Of a stretch of DNA of 64,000 bases, positions 26,964 to 36,232 are shown one piece after another; positions within the stretch are counted from its first letter, which is position 1, and each line of letters starts with the position of its first letter. Source of the DNA: an uncultured Actinomycetes bacterium (GTDB taxonomy: Bacteria > Actinomycetota > Thermoleophilia > Solirubrobacterales > Solirubrobacteraceae). Under the pieces are notes generated by a model that worked only from the letters and a program-made list of their open reading frames with translations, made no database searches and was not told the origin of the DNA. Location of the stretch: NCBI GenBank assembly GCA_963746145.1, contig CAVVAC010000003.1, positions 1,124,557 through 1,188,556 on the forward strand, in the 5' to 3' direction. Made by a program: the position numbers and the translations under genes.

Positions 26964-27713
26964 TCAGGCTCTGATCGTCACGACGGTGCCGAGCGGCACC
27001 GCCTGCACGATCCTGCGCGCCGCCGCCTCGGGCGCGCGCAGGCAGCCGAAGCTCGCGGCGGTGCCGATCGTCTGCGGCAGGCTCGTCGCGTGGATCGCGA
27101 TGCGGTCGCCGCCGCCCCAGCCCTGCGGTGTGTTCGCCTGCTGCGCGCTGAGCGCGAGGATGCAGCAGCCGTACGGGGATGAGGGGTCCTGCGTGAGCAG
27201 CTTGTCGGTGACGGCGAAGCGCCCGGTCGGCGTCGGCGTGCCGGGCGCGCCGATCGCGACGGGGAAGCTCACGAGCACGCGCTTTCCGTGGTGCACGACG
27301 ACGCGGCGGTGCGTCAGCGAGACGTCGATGCGGTAGGCCGAGCGGTACGTCTCGACGTGGGCATGCGAGGAGACCCAGCCGATCTTGCCGTTCGGCAGCA
27401 GGGGGCTGATCACGCCGAGCCAGGGCCCACGCACGCGCACGACGGGCAGGATCGTGTGCGAGTGGAACTTCGTCTGCGGCACGAGCTGCGCGACCACGCG
27501 CCCGCCGGGGCTTGCGTGCAGCGGCGTGTTGCGCAAGATCCCGACGGTCAGCTGGCCTGACGGCTGCTTCGCCACGGTCGGAGCCGGCGTCGTCGCCGGC
27601 TGCCCTGCGAGCGCGCCCCCGTCGGGCGAGTCCGCATTGACCGCGGCGCCGCCGCAGCCTGCCAGCGCGAGCACGGCCAGGAGGACCGACAGCGAGGGGA
27701 GGGCACGCAGCAC
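26964..27713 (-). CDS. L,D-transpeptidase family lipoprotein
   Basis: Lipobox LALAGC; VAIG...TPTPTG.F, IAIHAT......G.AASFGCLR (His/Cys); start chosen 7 nt after -10 TATCCT (alternative TTG 27719). Confidence 0.88.
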   Translation of the reverse strand: MLRALPSLSVLLAVLALAGCGGAAVNADSPDGGALAGQPATTPAPTVAKQPSGQLTVGILRNTPLHASPGGRVVAQLVPQTKFHSHTILPVVRVRGPWLGVISPLLPNGKIGWVSSHAHVETYRSAYRIDVSLTHRRVVVHHGKRVLVSFPVAIGAPGTPTPTGRFAVTDKLLTQDPSSPYGCCILALSAQQANTPQGWGGGDRIAIHATSLPQTIGTAASFGCLRAPEAAARRIVQAVPLGTVVTIRA

Positions 27714-27737
27714 GCGCAACAGGATAAGGCGCGCGGA

Positions 27738-28514
27738 TTAAGGAAGCAGGTCTCGCACGCGCCGCTGGGCGCTCTTGCGCCCCAGCCGGCCGAGCAGCTC
27801 GCCGGCGACGTGCACGTAGTCGCTGCCGAGGTCGGGGCGGTGGTCGAGGATCGACTGCGCCCGCTCGGTCGACTCGGCGTATGCGATCGAGCTGCGGATC
27901 GTCTGCTCGAACAGCTTCTCGCCGACGTGCTCGCGCAGCGAGGCGTAGGCCTCGCGCGAGTGGCGCGTGCGCATGTCGGCGATGTTCAGCACGACGCCGA
28001 GCCAGTCCAGGTCGGGGTTGAGATTCTCGCGCGCCAGCTCGATCACCTCCAGCGCCTGCTCGACGCCCTGCATCGCGAAGTACTGCGCCTCGGCGCTCAG
28101 CAACGCGTGATCGGCGGCGACGAGCGCGTTGACGGTCAGCAGCCCGAGCGCGGGCGGGCAGTCGATCAGCACCACGTCGTAGTCGCCGGTGAGCTCGCGC
28201 AGCGCACGCCGCAGCGTCAGCTCGCGGCCCATCTTGCCGCTCATCGCCAGCTCCGCCTCGGCGAGCCCGAGGTTGGCGGGCATGATCCCGTCGTGGACCG
28301 CGTCGGCGGCCGCCGCGCGGCCGCTCAGCACGTCGCCGATCGTCGGGCTCGCCTGCGGGTCGACGTCGAGGTAGTCGGAGAGGTTGCCCTGCGGGTCGAG
28401 GTCGACCGCGAGCGTCGACAGGCCGACCCGCCGGAACACGTCCGTGAGGGTCCGCACCATCGTCGTCTTGCCGGTGCCGCCCTTCTGAGAGAGGACCGCG
28501 ATCGTGTCCGCCAT
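27738..28514 (-). CDS. ParA/Soj family ATPase (no adjacent ParB)
   Basis: SQKGGTGKTT, VDLDPQGNL, DVVLIDCPPALGLLT.NAL.AAD, IR.SIAYAE. Confidence 0.92.
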   Translation of the reverse strand: MADTIAVLSQKGGTGKTTMVRTLTDVFRRVGLSTLAVDLDPQGNLSDYLDVDPQASPTIGDVLSGRAAAADAVHDGIMPANLGLAEAELAMSGKMGRELTLRRALRELTGDYDVVLIDCPPALGLLTVNALVAADHALLSAEAQYFAMQGVEQALEVIELARENLNPDLDWLGVVLNIADMRTRHSREAYASLREHVGEKLFEQTIRSSIAYAESTERAQSILDHRPDLGSDYVHVAGELLGRLGRKSAQRRVRDLLP

Positions 28515-28566
28515 GCGCGTCGCGCACCTTAGCGGCGCGACGCGCGCCGACTCGCCGGTCGGCGGG

Positions 28567-29142
28567 TCAGCCAGCGAGCGACGTCGGCTCGCGGAGCCCG
28601 GCGCCGCGCGCCGCGGCCAGCTCGGGGCGATCGGCGAAGCGCAGGCGGTGGCGCCCGATCACCAGCTCGTCGCCGTCGCACAGCACCTGCCATTCGACCC
28701 GCTCGCCGTTCACGAACACGCCGTTGAGGCTGCGGTCGTCCAGCACGCGCACGCCGTCGGCCTGGCGCACGATCAACGCGTGGCGGCGCGAGACGGTCGG
28801 GTCGTCGAAGCGGATGTCGGCGGCGAGGCTGCGCCCGATGCGGGTCCACTCGCTGCCGAGCGCGTGGACGATCGCCTCGTCGCCTTCCTCGTAGATCAGG
28901 TACTGGCCGCTTTCGCCGAGCTCGGCGACGGTGTCGTCCAAGCGCACGACGTCATCTTCGCCGAAGAGCTCGCGCGTCTCCTCCGGCGTCACCGTGAACA
29001 GCGACGCGCGCACGAACGCCTCGCCCCCGCACCCGGGGCAGGGCGGCAGCGCGTCCGCCGCGGCGAGCGAGACGACGTAGTCACAATCGACGCACCGGTA
29101 CGTCCCGCTTCCCATCAGGGTGCCTGCTGCGTGTGACTCCAT
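28567..29142 (-). CDS. FHA-domain protein with N-terminal Zn ribbon
   Basis: YRCVDC...PPCPGCG; RIGRS...D......VSRRHA...D..SLNGVFVNG FHA signature. Confidence 0.9.
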   Translation of the reverse strand: MESHAAGTLMGSGTYRCVDCDYVVSLAAADALPPCPGCGGEAFVRASLFTVTPEETRELFGEDDVVRLDDTVAELGESGQYLIYEEGDEAIVHALGSEWTRIGRSLAADIRFDDPTVSRRHALIVRQADGVRVLDDRSLNGVFVNGERVEWQVLCDGDELVIGRHRLRFADRPELAAARGAGLREPTSLAG

Positions 29143-29238
29143 GGCCTACCTCCAGGTGCCGCCGCTCGGGGCCAAGCGACGAACGAGTTCTCATGACGGG
29201 CACGAACTGCAACAAATCCTGCGCGGCAACACCTACCC

Positions 29239-29577
29239 ATGGCTCGAAAGCGTGAAACCACGCCGGTTCGCGGGAAGGAGTCCGGCCACGCGACGACGAA
29301 CACCTTCTCCATGCTCCGCACGACCACCGAAGCTCCCGACCTCGAACTGCACCTGCTGCGACGCGGCGTGCTGGCGCTCGCCGCCGGCGCCGATCGTTGC
29401 GACGGCTGCCACCGCACGCCGCTCGTCGGCGAGCGCGTACACGTCTACGACGGCGGCAGGACGCTCTGCGAGCTGTGCCGTCGCGAGCGCGCCGAAGCGC
29501 CGCTTCACTCGCAGGCGGTCTACGGCGCCGAGCACGGTCACACCGTCCGCGTGACGGACCAGCGCCGCGCCGCCTGA
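29239..29577 (+). CDS. Small putative Zn-finger protein
   Basis: CDGC...CELC pairs; start uncertain. Confidence 0.65.
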   Translation: MARKRETTPVRGKESGHATTNTFSMLRTTTEAPDLELHLLRRGVLALAAGADRCDGCHRTPLVGERVHVYDGGRTLCELCRRERAEAPLHSQAVYGAEHGHTVRVTDQRRAA

Positions 29578-29622
29578 CGAGGCCGCTGACGGCCCGGGCC
29601 GTGCTCTAGACTCCGGCCCGCC

Positions 29623-30117
29623 GTGGACCCAGTCACCGTCTCCATCAGCATCGCGCGGCCGCGCACCGAGGTCTTCGAGTACCTCTCGGACGTGGCGAAT
29701 CACGCGGAGTTCAAGGATCACTTCCTGTCCGATTGGCACTTGACGCGCGAGGACAGCGTCGGGCGCGGCGCCGGTGCGCGCTTCCGCGAGCAGCTGCCGC
29801 TCAACCGCTTCGGCTGGGGCGACATCACGCTCGCCGAGGTCGAGGCGCCGTTTCGCATCCTCGAGCGCGGCCGCAGCGGCAAGTTCAATCGCGTGCGCGC
29901 GATCGGCACGTGGACGCTCGGCGACGCGCCCGGTGGGATGACGCGGGTCGAGTACGCCTACGAGACGCAGCCCGGCACGCTGAGCGACCGCCTGCAGGAG
30001 TTCGTCGCCGGCCGCGGCTGGCGGCGCCGCAAGCTGGGGCGCGCGCTCCGCCGCTTGCAGGGGATCCTCGAGGAGAACCGCGGCCGCGGCCGCCGAACGA
30101 CGATCGCCGCCCGGTAG
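29623..30117 (+). CDS. SRPBCC (polyketide cyclase/START-like) protein
   Basis: VTVSISIARP..EVFEYLSD..NH.EF, G.GARF, G.TRVEY pattern. Confidence 0.85.
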   Translation: MDPVTVSISIARPRTEVFEYLSDVANHAEFKDHFLSDWHLTREDSVGRGAGARFREQLPLNRFGWGDITLAEVEAPFRILERGRSGKFNRVRAIGTWTLGDAPGGMTRVEYAYETQPGTLSDRLQEFVAGRGWRRRKLGRALRRLQGILEENRGRGRRTTIAAR

Positions 30118-30139
30118 ATCAATAGACTTCCCGCCGCTC

Positions 30140-30718
30140 ATGCCCCGACTTCCGCGCATCCTCCTGGCGACCGGCACGGCGCTGCTCGCCGCCCTGGCGC
30201 TGGGCGCCTGCGGCGGCGCGAAGCAGCCGAGCGCCCACGGCGACAGCGAGGGCGCCTACGTCGAAGCCGGTCCGCTCGTCTACCAGGTGCAGCTCTCGCG
30301 CGAGCTCAACCCGCAGAACCGCGAGGACCGCGAGTACCTCGCGGGCCTGCCGCTCGGCACCCCGCAGCCGGCCGGCGACGAGGAGTGGTTCGGCGTCTGG
30401 CTGCGTGTCGAGAACGACGGCAAGGCCGCTCAGCAGGCCGCGCAGGACTTCCGCATCGTCGACACGCTCGGCGACGCCTACGAGCCGATCGCGCTGCCCG
30501 CCAGCAACGCGTTCGCCTACCAGCCGTCGCGCGTCGCGGGCAAGGATGGCCAGAACGTGCTGCCGGACCCCGAGAGCGGCGCTGGCGGCAGCCTCGTCCA
30601 GCAGGGCGCGATGCTGCTGTTCAAGCTGAAGACGGCGGTCTACGCGAACCGCCCGCTCGAGCTCGAGATCACGCCGCCCGACGGTGGCGAGGCCTCGACC
30701 GTCGAGCTCGACCTCTAG
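30140..30718 (+). CDS. Lipoprotein of unknown function (Ig-like, DUF4352-like)
   Basis: Lipobox LALGAC; GVWLRVENDG...F.IVDT.G..Y.P. Confidence 0.7.
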   Translation: MPRLPRILLATGTALLAALALGACGGAKQPSAHGDSEGAYVEAGPLVYQVQLSRELNPQNREDREYLAGLPLGTPQPAGDEEWFGVWLRVENDGKAAQQAAQDFRIVDTLGDAYEPIALPASNAFAYQPSRVAGKDGQNVLPDPESGAGGSLVQQGAMLLFKLKTAVYANRPLELEITPPDGGEASTVELDL

Positions 30719-30881
30719 GAGGGGTTGGCGAGACCCTCGCGGCGTCTGGCGGCCCGCGACGCTGCGCGGATGCTGCGTCCTCGGTCGGCGCAATAGCTCC
30801 GCTATTGCTGCCTCCCTGCGTCCTTGCCCCGCTTGGTCGCGCGCCCGCCAGCCACTCGCGCGAGTCTCGCCAACCCCTCCT
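30717..30881. mobile_element. 165-bp MITE/REP-like element with 18-bp perfect terminal inverted repeats
   Basis: AGGAGGGGTTGGCGAGAC (30717-30734) and GTCTCGCCAACCCCTCCT (30864-30881); central hairpin GCAATAGC-TCC-GCTATTGC; lies between convergent genes. Confidence 0.7.
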
Positions 30882-30894
30882 GGCCGCTCGCGTC

Positions 30895-32688
30895 TCAGCT
30901 GCCGCGCTTGCGCTGCAGCCCCGCGAGCAGCACCGGGCGCGCCGCCGGCGCAGCCACGTCGCCGCCCGCGCCGGCCTCGACAAGCAGCACGCCGACGACG
31001 ATCCGCGGGTGCTGCGCCGGCGCGTAGCCGACGAACCACGCGTCCGTGTCGGGGATGTCCGGCTTCGGCGGCGCCGGATCGTCGTTTGTTGGCGTGGCCG
31101 TCGTCTGGTCGTCGGGCGCCACCGTGTCGGCCAGCTCGGCGGTGCCCGTCTTGCCCGCCACGTCGACGCCGGCGATCGCGGCGGCGGTGCCGGTGCCGTA
31201 CTGCACGACGGCCCGCATCATGCGCGCCACCTCGCGCGCGACCGCGGGCCGCGTCGCCTGCGTGAAGCGCGGCGTGGCGCCGCGCTGCAGCGTCGGCGTC
31301 GGGCGCCGGCCGCGCATCGCGATCGTCGCCGCGACGGTCGTCATCTGCAGCGTCGTGGCCTCGACGAGTCCCTGCCCGATCGCGGAGGAGCCGACCGCGA
31401 GCGCGTCGCCGATGTCGCTCGCCGCCGGGATCGTGCTGGCCGCCTCGCCGGGGATCGCCGGCGGCGCGTTGAAGCCGAAGCGCTGCGCGACGTCGACCAG
31501 GCGCCGGGCGCCGAGCTGGGCGCCGAGCGGCGCGAAGACGGAGTTGCACGAGCGCGCGAAGGACTGCACGAGCGTGCCGCCGCAGTACTCGCCGTTGGCG
31601 TTCTCGAGCGCGACGCCCTCGAGCTGCGCCTCCGTCTGCACCGGGAAGCTCGTCGTCGGCTTCGCGAGGTGCGCGCCGAGCACGCCCGTCAGCGTGACGA
31701 TCTTGAACGTCGAGCCAGGCGGCTGGAGCGCGGAGAAGGCGACCCCGGCGAGCGCGAGCACCTCGCCCGTCTGCGGCGCGAGGGCCGCCACCCCGCCGTA
31801 GCGCCCTGCGAGCGCAGCGATCGCCGCGCGCTCGACGCCGGGGTCGATCGTCGTGCGCAGCGGCCGCGCGGCGCGTGGCCGCGACTGCGCGAGCACCCGG
31901 GCGCCCGCCAGCAGCGTGCCGCCCGGACGTCCCGCGACCGCATTCTGGAGCGCGCGCTCGAGCCCCGAGGCGCCCACGAGCGCGCCGTCGGGATAGCCGA
32001 GCGCGCGCAGCGCGTGCTGCTCGTTGGTCGCCGCCGGACCGAGGTGGCCGACGATCTGCTCGGCGATGTCCTCCGCGCCCGCGGCGGGGGTGCGCTGCTC
32101 GCCCTGCGCGAGCACGGTCCCGTCGCGCGCTAGCAGCGTCGCGCGCGGCGGCAGCGTCGTCGTGCGCGTGAGCCGCTCGCCGGGCTGCACGCCGGGGAAC
32201 GTCATCGTCGCGCGCCAGCCGATCCGCATCTGCTCGCCGCTGCCGCTGACGGGCAGCTCCAGCGTCCCGTGCAGCGTCCCGAAGATGCGCGTGTGCAGCG
32301 TCAATGCGACCGGGATCGCGCCGCCGTGGCGCGCGCCGACCTCGCCGACGTCGAGGTCGCGCAGCGTCGCCGTCTCGGCGCTCGCCTCGTAAGCGCGCTC
32401 GAACGCGCGCGCGTCGATCCGCGTGCGCGCGGCCGGCGTCAGCAGCGCGTACATCGCGGCGTAGTCACCGCGCGACCAGTCAGCGGCGTAGCGCGCCGCC
32501 GTGCGCTGCTCGCTGCGCCCGGGCCCGGCGCCGATCAACGACGCGATCGCGAACAGCGCGACCAGGAAGACGGCGGCCGCGGGCAGCGCTCGATGCAGCA
32601 GCCGGCGTCGGCGCTCGACGTCGGCGCGGGAGAGTCGCGGCGTCCCGTGCTCGCCGTTGCGGCCACCTGCCTCCACGTCCTGCTCCAC
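30895..32688 (-). CDS. Class B penicillin-binding protein (NTF2-like N-domain plus transpeptidase)
   Basis: TM anchor, W..GDYAAMY..L, PGSTFK (SxxK), SCN (SxN), AGKTGTAE (KTG), DAWFVGYAP. Confidence 0.92.
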   Translation of the reverse strand: MEQDVEAGGRNGEHGTPRLSRADVERRRRLLHRALPAAAVFLVALFAIASLIGAGPGRSEQRTAARYAADWSRGDYAAMYALLTPAARTRIDARAFERAYEASAETATLRDLDVGEVGARHGGAIPVALTLHTRIFGTLHGTLELPVSGSGEQMRIGWRATMTFPGVQPGERLTRTTTLPPRATLLARDGTVLAQGEQRTPAAGAEDIAEQIVGHLGPAATNEQHALRALGYPDGALVGASGLERALQNAVAGRPGGTLLAGARVLAQSRPRAARPLRTTIDPGVERAAIAALAGRYGGVAALAPQTGEVLALAGVAFSALQPPGSTFKIVTLTGVLGAHLAKPTTSFPVQTEAQLEGVALENANGEYCGGTLVQSFARSCNSVFAPLGAQLGARRLVDVAQRFGFNAPPAIPGEAASTIPAASDIGDALAVGSSAIGQGLVEATTLQMTTVAATIAMRGRRPTPTLQRGATPRFTQATRPAVAREVARMMRAVVQYGTGTAAAIAGVDVAGKTGTAELADTVAPDDQTTATPTNDDPAPPKPDIPDTDAWFVGYAPAQHPRIVVGVLLVEAGAGGDVAAPAARPVLLAGLQRKRGS

Positions 32689-32744
32689 GGTAGATCATGG
32701 CGCGGCGTGCGAGCCCGCCTGCCGGCGCGTCATGCTTGGCCGCA

Positions 32745-33896
32745 GTGACGACGCTCGACTGGATCATCGTCGCGTTCGCAGCGCTGCTCGCGCTCGCCGG
32801 CTTCCGCCGTGGCCTGATCGTCGGCGTGCTCGCGCTCGCGGGCTTTGGCGCGGGCGCGCTCCTGGGCGCGCGCTTCGGCCCGCTGCTGCTGCCCGACGGA
32901 TCCCACTCGCCCTATGCGCCGCTGTTCGGTCTGGCCGGCGCCCTGATCGCCGGCGGCCTGCTCGCGAGCGGGTTGGAGACGCTCGGCGCGCGCGTGCGCC
33001 GAGCGCTGCCATTGCCCGGGCTCGGCGTGCTCGACGGCCTGCTGGGCGCGCTGCTGAGCGGTGCGCTCGCGCTCGCGCTGGCTTGGCTGGGCGGCGCCGT
33101 CGTGCTGCAGACGCCGGGCCTTGACGGCCTGCGAGACGGCATCCAGCGCTCGTTCGTGCTGCGCCAGCTGAACGCGGTCCTGCCGCCCTCGGGTCCGATC
33201 CTCAATGCGCTCGCGCGCTTCGACCCGCTGCCCGCGGTCACCGGCGCGGGCGCCGACGTGGCGCCCCCCTCGCGTGCCGTGCTGCGCTCGTACGGCGTGG
33301 TCGCCGCGGCGCCGAGCGTCGTGCGCGTGCTCGGGACCGCCTGCGGCCTCGGCGTCGAGGGCAGCGGCTGGGTCGCCGCGCCGGGCGTCGTCGTCACGAA
33401 CGCGCACGTCGTCGCCGGCGAGCACGACACGATCGTGCAGCTCCGCGGCAGCGGGCCGCAGCTCGACGCGCGGCTCGTGCGGCTCGACGTGCGCGACGAC
33501 GTCGCGGTGCTGCGCGTCGCCGGGCTCGTCGCCCCGGCCCTGTCGCTCGCCGGCGACCCGGCGAGCGGCACTGCGGGCGCCGTGCTGGGCTTCCCGCTCA
33601 ACGGTCCCTTCGACGTGCGCGCGGCGCGCATCGGCGCCACCCATGCGGTCGTCTCGCAGGACGCCTACGGGCGCGGTCCGGTCACCCGCACCGTCACGCC
33701 GCTGCGCGGCCGCGTGCGCAGCGGCAACTCCGGCGGGCCGCTCGTCGACGCGCGCGGCCGCGTGCTGACGACGGTCTTCGCGGCGACCACGAGCGGACAC
33801 CCCGGCGGCTTCGGCGTCCCCAACGCGGTCGTGCGCGACGCGCTCTCCGCAGCCCGCTCCGGCGGGACGGTCTCGAGCGGCCCCTGCACCGCCTGA
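32745..33896 (+). CDS. MarP-like membrane serine protease (CvpA TM domain plus trypsin domain)
   Basis: LDWIIV..., four TM segments, TNAHVV, DVAVL, GNSGGP triad. Confidence 0.9.
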   Translation: MTTLDWIIVAFAALLALAGFRRGLIVGVLALAGFGAGALLGARFGPLLLPDGSHSPYAPLFGLAGALIAGGLLASGLETLGARVRRALPLPGLGVLDGLLGALLSGALALALAWLGGAVVLQTPGLDGLRDGIQRSFVLRQLNAVLPPSGPILNALARFDPLPAVTGAGADVAPPSRAVLRSYGVVAAAPSVVRVLGTACGLGVEGSGWVAAPGVVVTNAHVVAGEHDTIVQLRGSGPQLDARLVRLDVRDDVAVLRVAGLVAPALSLAGDPASGTAGAVLGFPLNGPFDVRAARIGATHAVVSQDAYGRGPVTRTVTPLRGRVRSGNSGGPLVDARGRVLTTVFAATTSGHPGGFGVPNAVVRDALSAARSGGTVSSGPCTA

Positions 33897-33935
33897 CGCG
33901 CCGTCGATCTCCAGGGCCGCTACGCTCCCGTCCCC

Positions 33936-36179
33936 ATGAGCACCCTCGTCATCGCAGAGAAGCCCTCCGTCGGCCGCGACCTCGCGCGCGTGCTGCCCGG
34001 GCCGTTCCAGAAGCAGGAGGGCTACCTGGAGGGTCCCGAGCACGTGATCACGTGGGCGGTGGGTCACCTCGTCCAGCTCGCCGAGCCCGACGAATACGAC
34101 GACAAGTACAAGAAGTGGCGCATGGCGGACCTGCCGATCGTGCCGGACAAGTTCAAGCTCGTCGTGCGCGACGAGCGCTCGAAGAAGCAGATGAACGTCG
34201 TCAAGCGGATGCTCGGCCGCGACGACGTCGAGACGGTCGTCAACGCCTGCGACGCCGGCCGCGAGGGCGAGCTGATCTTCGCCTACCTGTACGAGAAGGC
34301 CGGCTCGAAGCTGCCCGTGCAGCGGCTGTGGCTGTCCTCGATGACGAAGTCCGCGATCGAGGACGCCTTCACGCGCCTGCGCGACGGCTCCGAGATGGCC
34401 TCGCTCGAGGACGCCGCGCGCTCGCGCAGCGAGGCCGACTGGATCGTCGGCATGAACGCCACGCGCGCGGCCACGATCCGCCTGCGCTCCTCCTTCGACG
34501 GCGCCGTCTCGCTCGGGCGCGTGCAGACGCCGACGCTCGCGATCCTCGCCCGCCGCGAGGAGGAGATCCGCGCCTTCAAGCCCGAGCCCTACTGGATCGT
34601 CGACGCGACGTTCGCGGCGACGGGGGAGCGCGTCTACGACGGTCGCTTCCACCTCGGCGCGGGCAGCGAGATCGGCAAGGGCCCGCGCATCGCGGCGGCC
34701 GCCGAGGCGGCCGCGGTCGTCGAGGCCTGCCGGGGCCAGCAGGGCACGATCGTCAAGCTCGAGAAGAGCGAGCGCAAGGAGCGCGCGCCGCTGCTCTACG
34801 ACCTCACCTCGCTCCAGCGCGAGGCCAACAGCCGCTTCGGCTTCTCCGCGCGGCGCACGCTCGGCGCGGCGCAGCGGCTCTACGAGGAGCACAAGGCGCT
34901 CACGTATCCGCGCACCAACTCGCGCTACCTGCCGAGCGACATGATCCCCGAGATCAAGCCGATCGCCGCGATCGTCGGCGGACGCCGCGAGTACGCCGCC
35001 GGCGCCAAGTACGTCACCTCGCTCGACGTGCTGCCGCTCTCGCGGGTCGTGAACAACGAGAAGGTCACCGACCACCACGCGATCATCCCCACGAACGCGC
35101 CGCACCCGGTCGACAAGCTCAGCGACGACGACCTGCGCATCTACGACCTCGTCGCGCGCCGCTTCCTGGCCGTCTTCCACCCCGAGGCCGTGTTCGAGAA
35201 CACGCGCGTCGAGACCGAGGTCGCCGGCCACAGCTTCCGCACGCACGGCAAGGTCATGCTCGTGCCGGGCTGGCGCGGCGTCTACGGCGAGGAGGCCGAC
35301 GCCGAGCGCTCCAACGCCGAGGAGGACGAGGGCCGCGAGCAGCACCTGCCGAAGCTGGAGCAGGACGAGGCCGTCGACACGCGCGAGATCGCCTCTGAGG
35401 AGAAGGAGACCAAGCCGCCGCGCCGCTACAGCGAGGGCTCCCTGCTGGCCGCGATGGAGACCGCCGGCAAGCTCGTCGACGAGGAGGAGCTGCGCGAGGC
35501 GATGAAGGACTCCGGCATCGGCACGCCGGCCACGCGCGCGGCGATCATCGAGCGCCTGCTGGCGGTCGGCTACATCGAGCGCGACGCGCGCGCCCTGGTC
35601 GTCACCGAGAAGGGCCTCAACGTCGTGCGCCTGCTCGACAACCACATGCTCACCTCGCCCGGCCTGACGGGCGACTGGGAGCATCGGCTCGCGCGCATCG
35701 AGACCGGGGAGGACTCGCGCAAGGCGTTCATGGCGGACATCGTCAAGTTCGCCGAAGGCACGATCGCCGAGCTGGACGAGAAGCTCAAGGACGTCCGCAT
35801 CCCGCGCGCGAACCTCGGGCCCTGCCCTGTCTGCGGGCACGACATCGTCGAGAACCGCAAGGGCTACTCGTGCTGGTCGCGCGAGGATCCCGGCTGCGGG
35901 TTCGTGATCTGGAAGGCGAAGGCGGGCAAGACGCTCCCCGCGGTGGTCGTCAAGGAGCTGATCCACACGGGCCGCACGGAGAAGGCGGTGACCGGCTTCA
36001 AGGGCCGCTCCGGCCGCTCCTTCCGCTCCCGCCTCGCGTTGGAGCAGACGCCCGAGGGCCGCTGGCGCGTGGAGTTCGACGAGCCCTGGGCCCGCGAGGG
36101 CGCCAAGGCGCCCGAGGCGGAGGCTGGCGAGGCCACCGAGGCCGAGGCCCCGGCCGCCGCCGAATCCGCCGTCGCCTGA
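33936..36179 (+). CDS. topB: DNA topoisomerase III (type IA)
   Basis: LVIAEKPSV, ITWAVGHL, NACDAGREGELI, GRVQTPTL, LTYPRT (catalytic Tyr), GIGTPATRA.IIE, C-terminal Zn ribbon. Confidence 0.92.
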   Translation: MSTLVIAEKPSVGRDLARVLPGPFQKQEGYLEGPEHVITWAVGHLVQLAEPDEYDDKYKKWRMADLPIVPDKFKLVVRDERSKKQMNVVKRMLGRDDVETVVNACDAGREGELIFAYLYEKAGSKLPVQRLWLSSMTKSAIEDAFTRLRDGSEMASLEDAARSRSEADWIVGMNATRAATIRLRSSFDGAVSLGRVQTPTLAILARREEEIRAFKPEPYWIVDATFAATGERVYDGRFHLGAGSEIGKGPRIAAAAEAAAVVEACRGQQGTIVKLEKSERKERAPLLYDLTSLQREANSRFGFSARRTLGAAQRLYEEHKALTYPRTNSRYLPSDMIPEIKPIAAIVGGRREYAAGAKYVTSLDVLPLSRVVNNEKVTDHHAIIPTNAPHPVDKLSDDDLRIYDLVARRFLAVFHPEAVFENTRVETEVAGHSFRTHGKVMLVPGWRGVYGEEADAERSNAEEDEGREQHLPKLEQDEAVDTREIASEEKETKPPRRYSEGSLLAAMETAGKLVDEEELREAMKDSGIGTPATRAAIIERLLAVGYIERDARALVVTEKGLNVVRLLDNHMLTSPGLTGDWEHRLARIETGEDSRKAFMADIVKFAEGTIAELDEKLKDVRIPRANLGPCPVCGHDIVENRKGYSCWSREDPGCGFVIWKAKAGKTLPAVVVKELIHTGRTEKAVTGFKGRSGRSFRSRLALEQTPEGRWRVEFDEPWAREGAKAPEAEAGEATEAEAPAAAESAVA

Positions 36180-36232
36180 CCTGACGCAAACCGCGCGAGT
36201 CCCGCGCGCGCTCGGGCGCCATCCTGCGCGGC

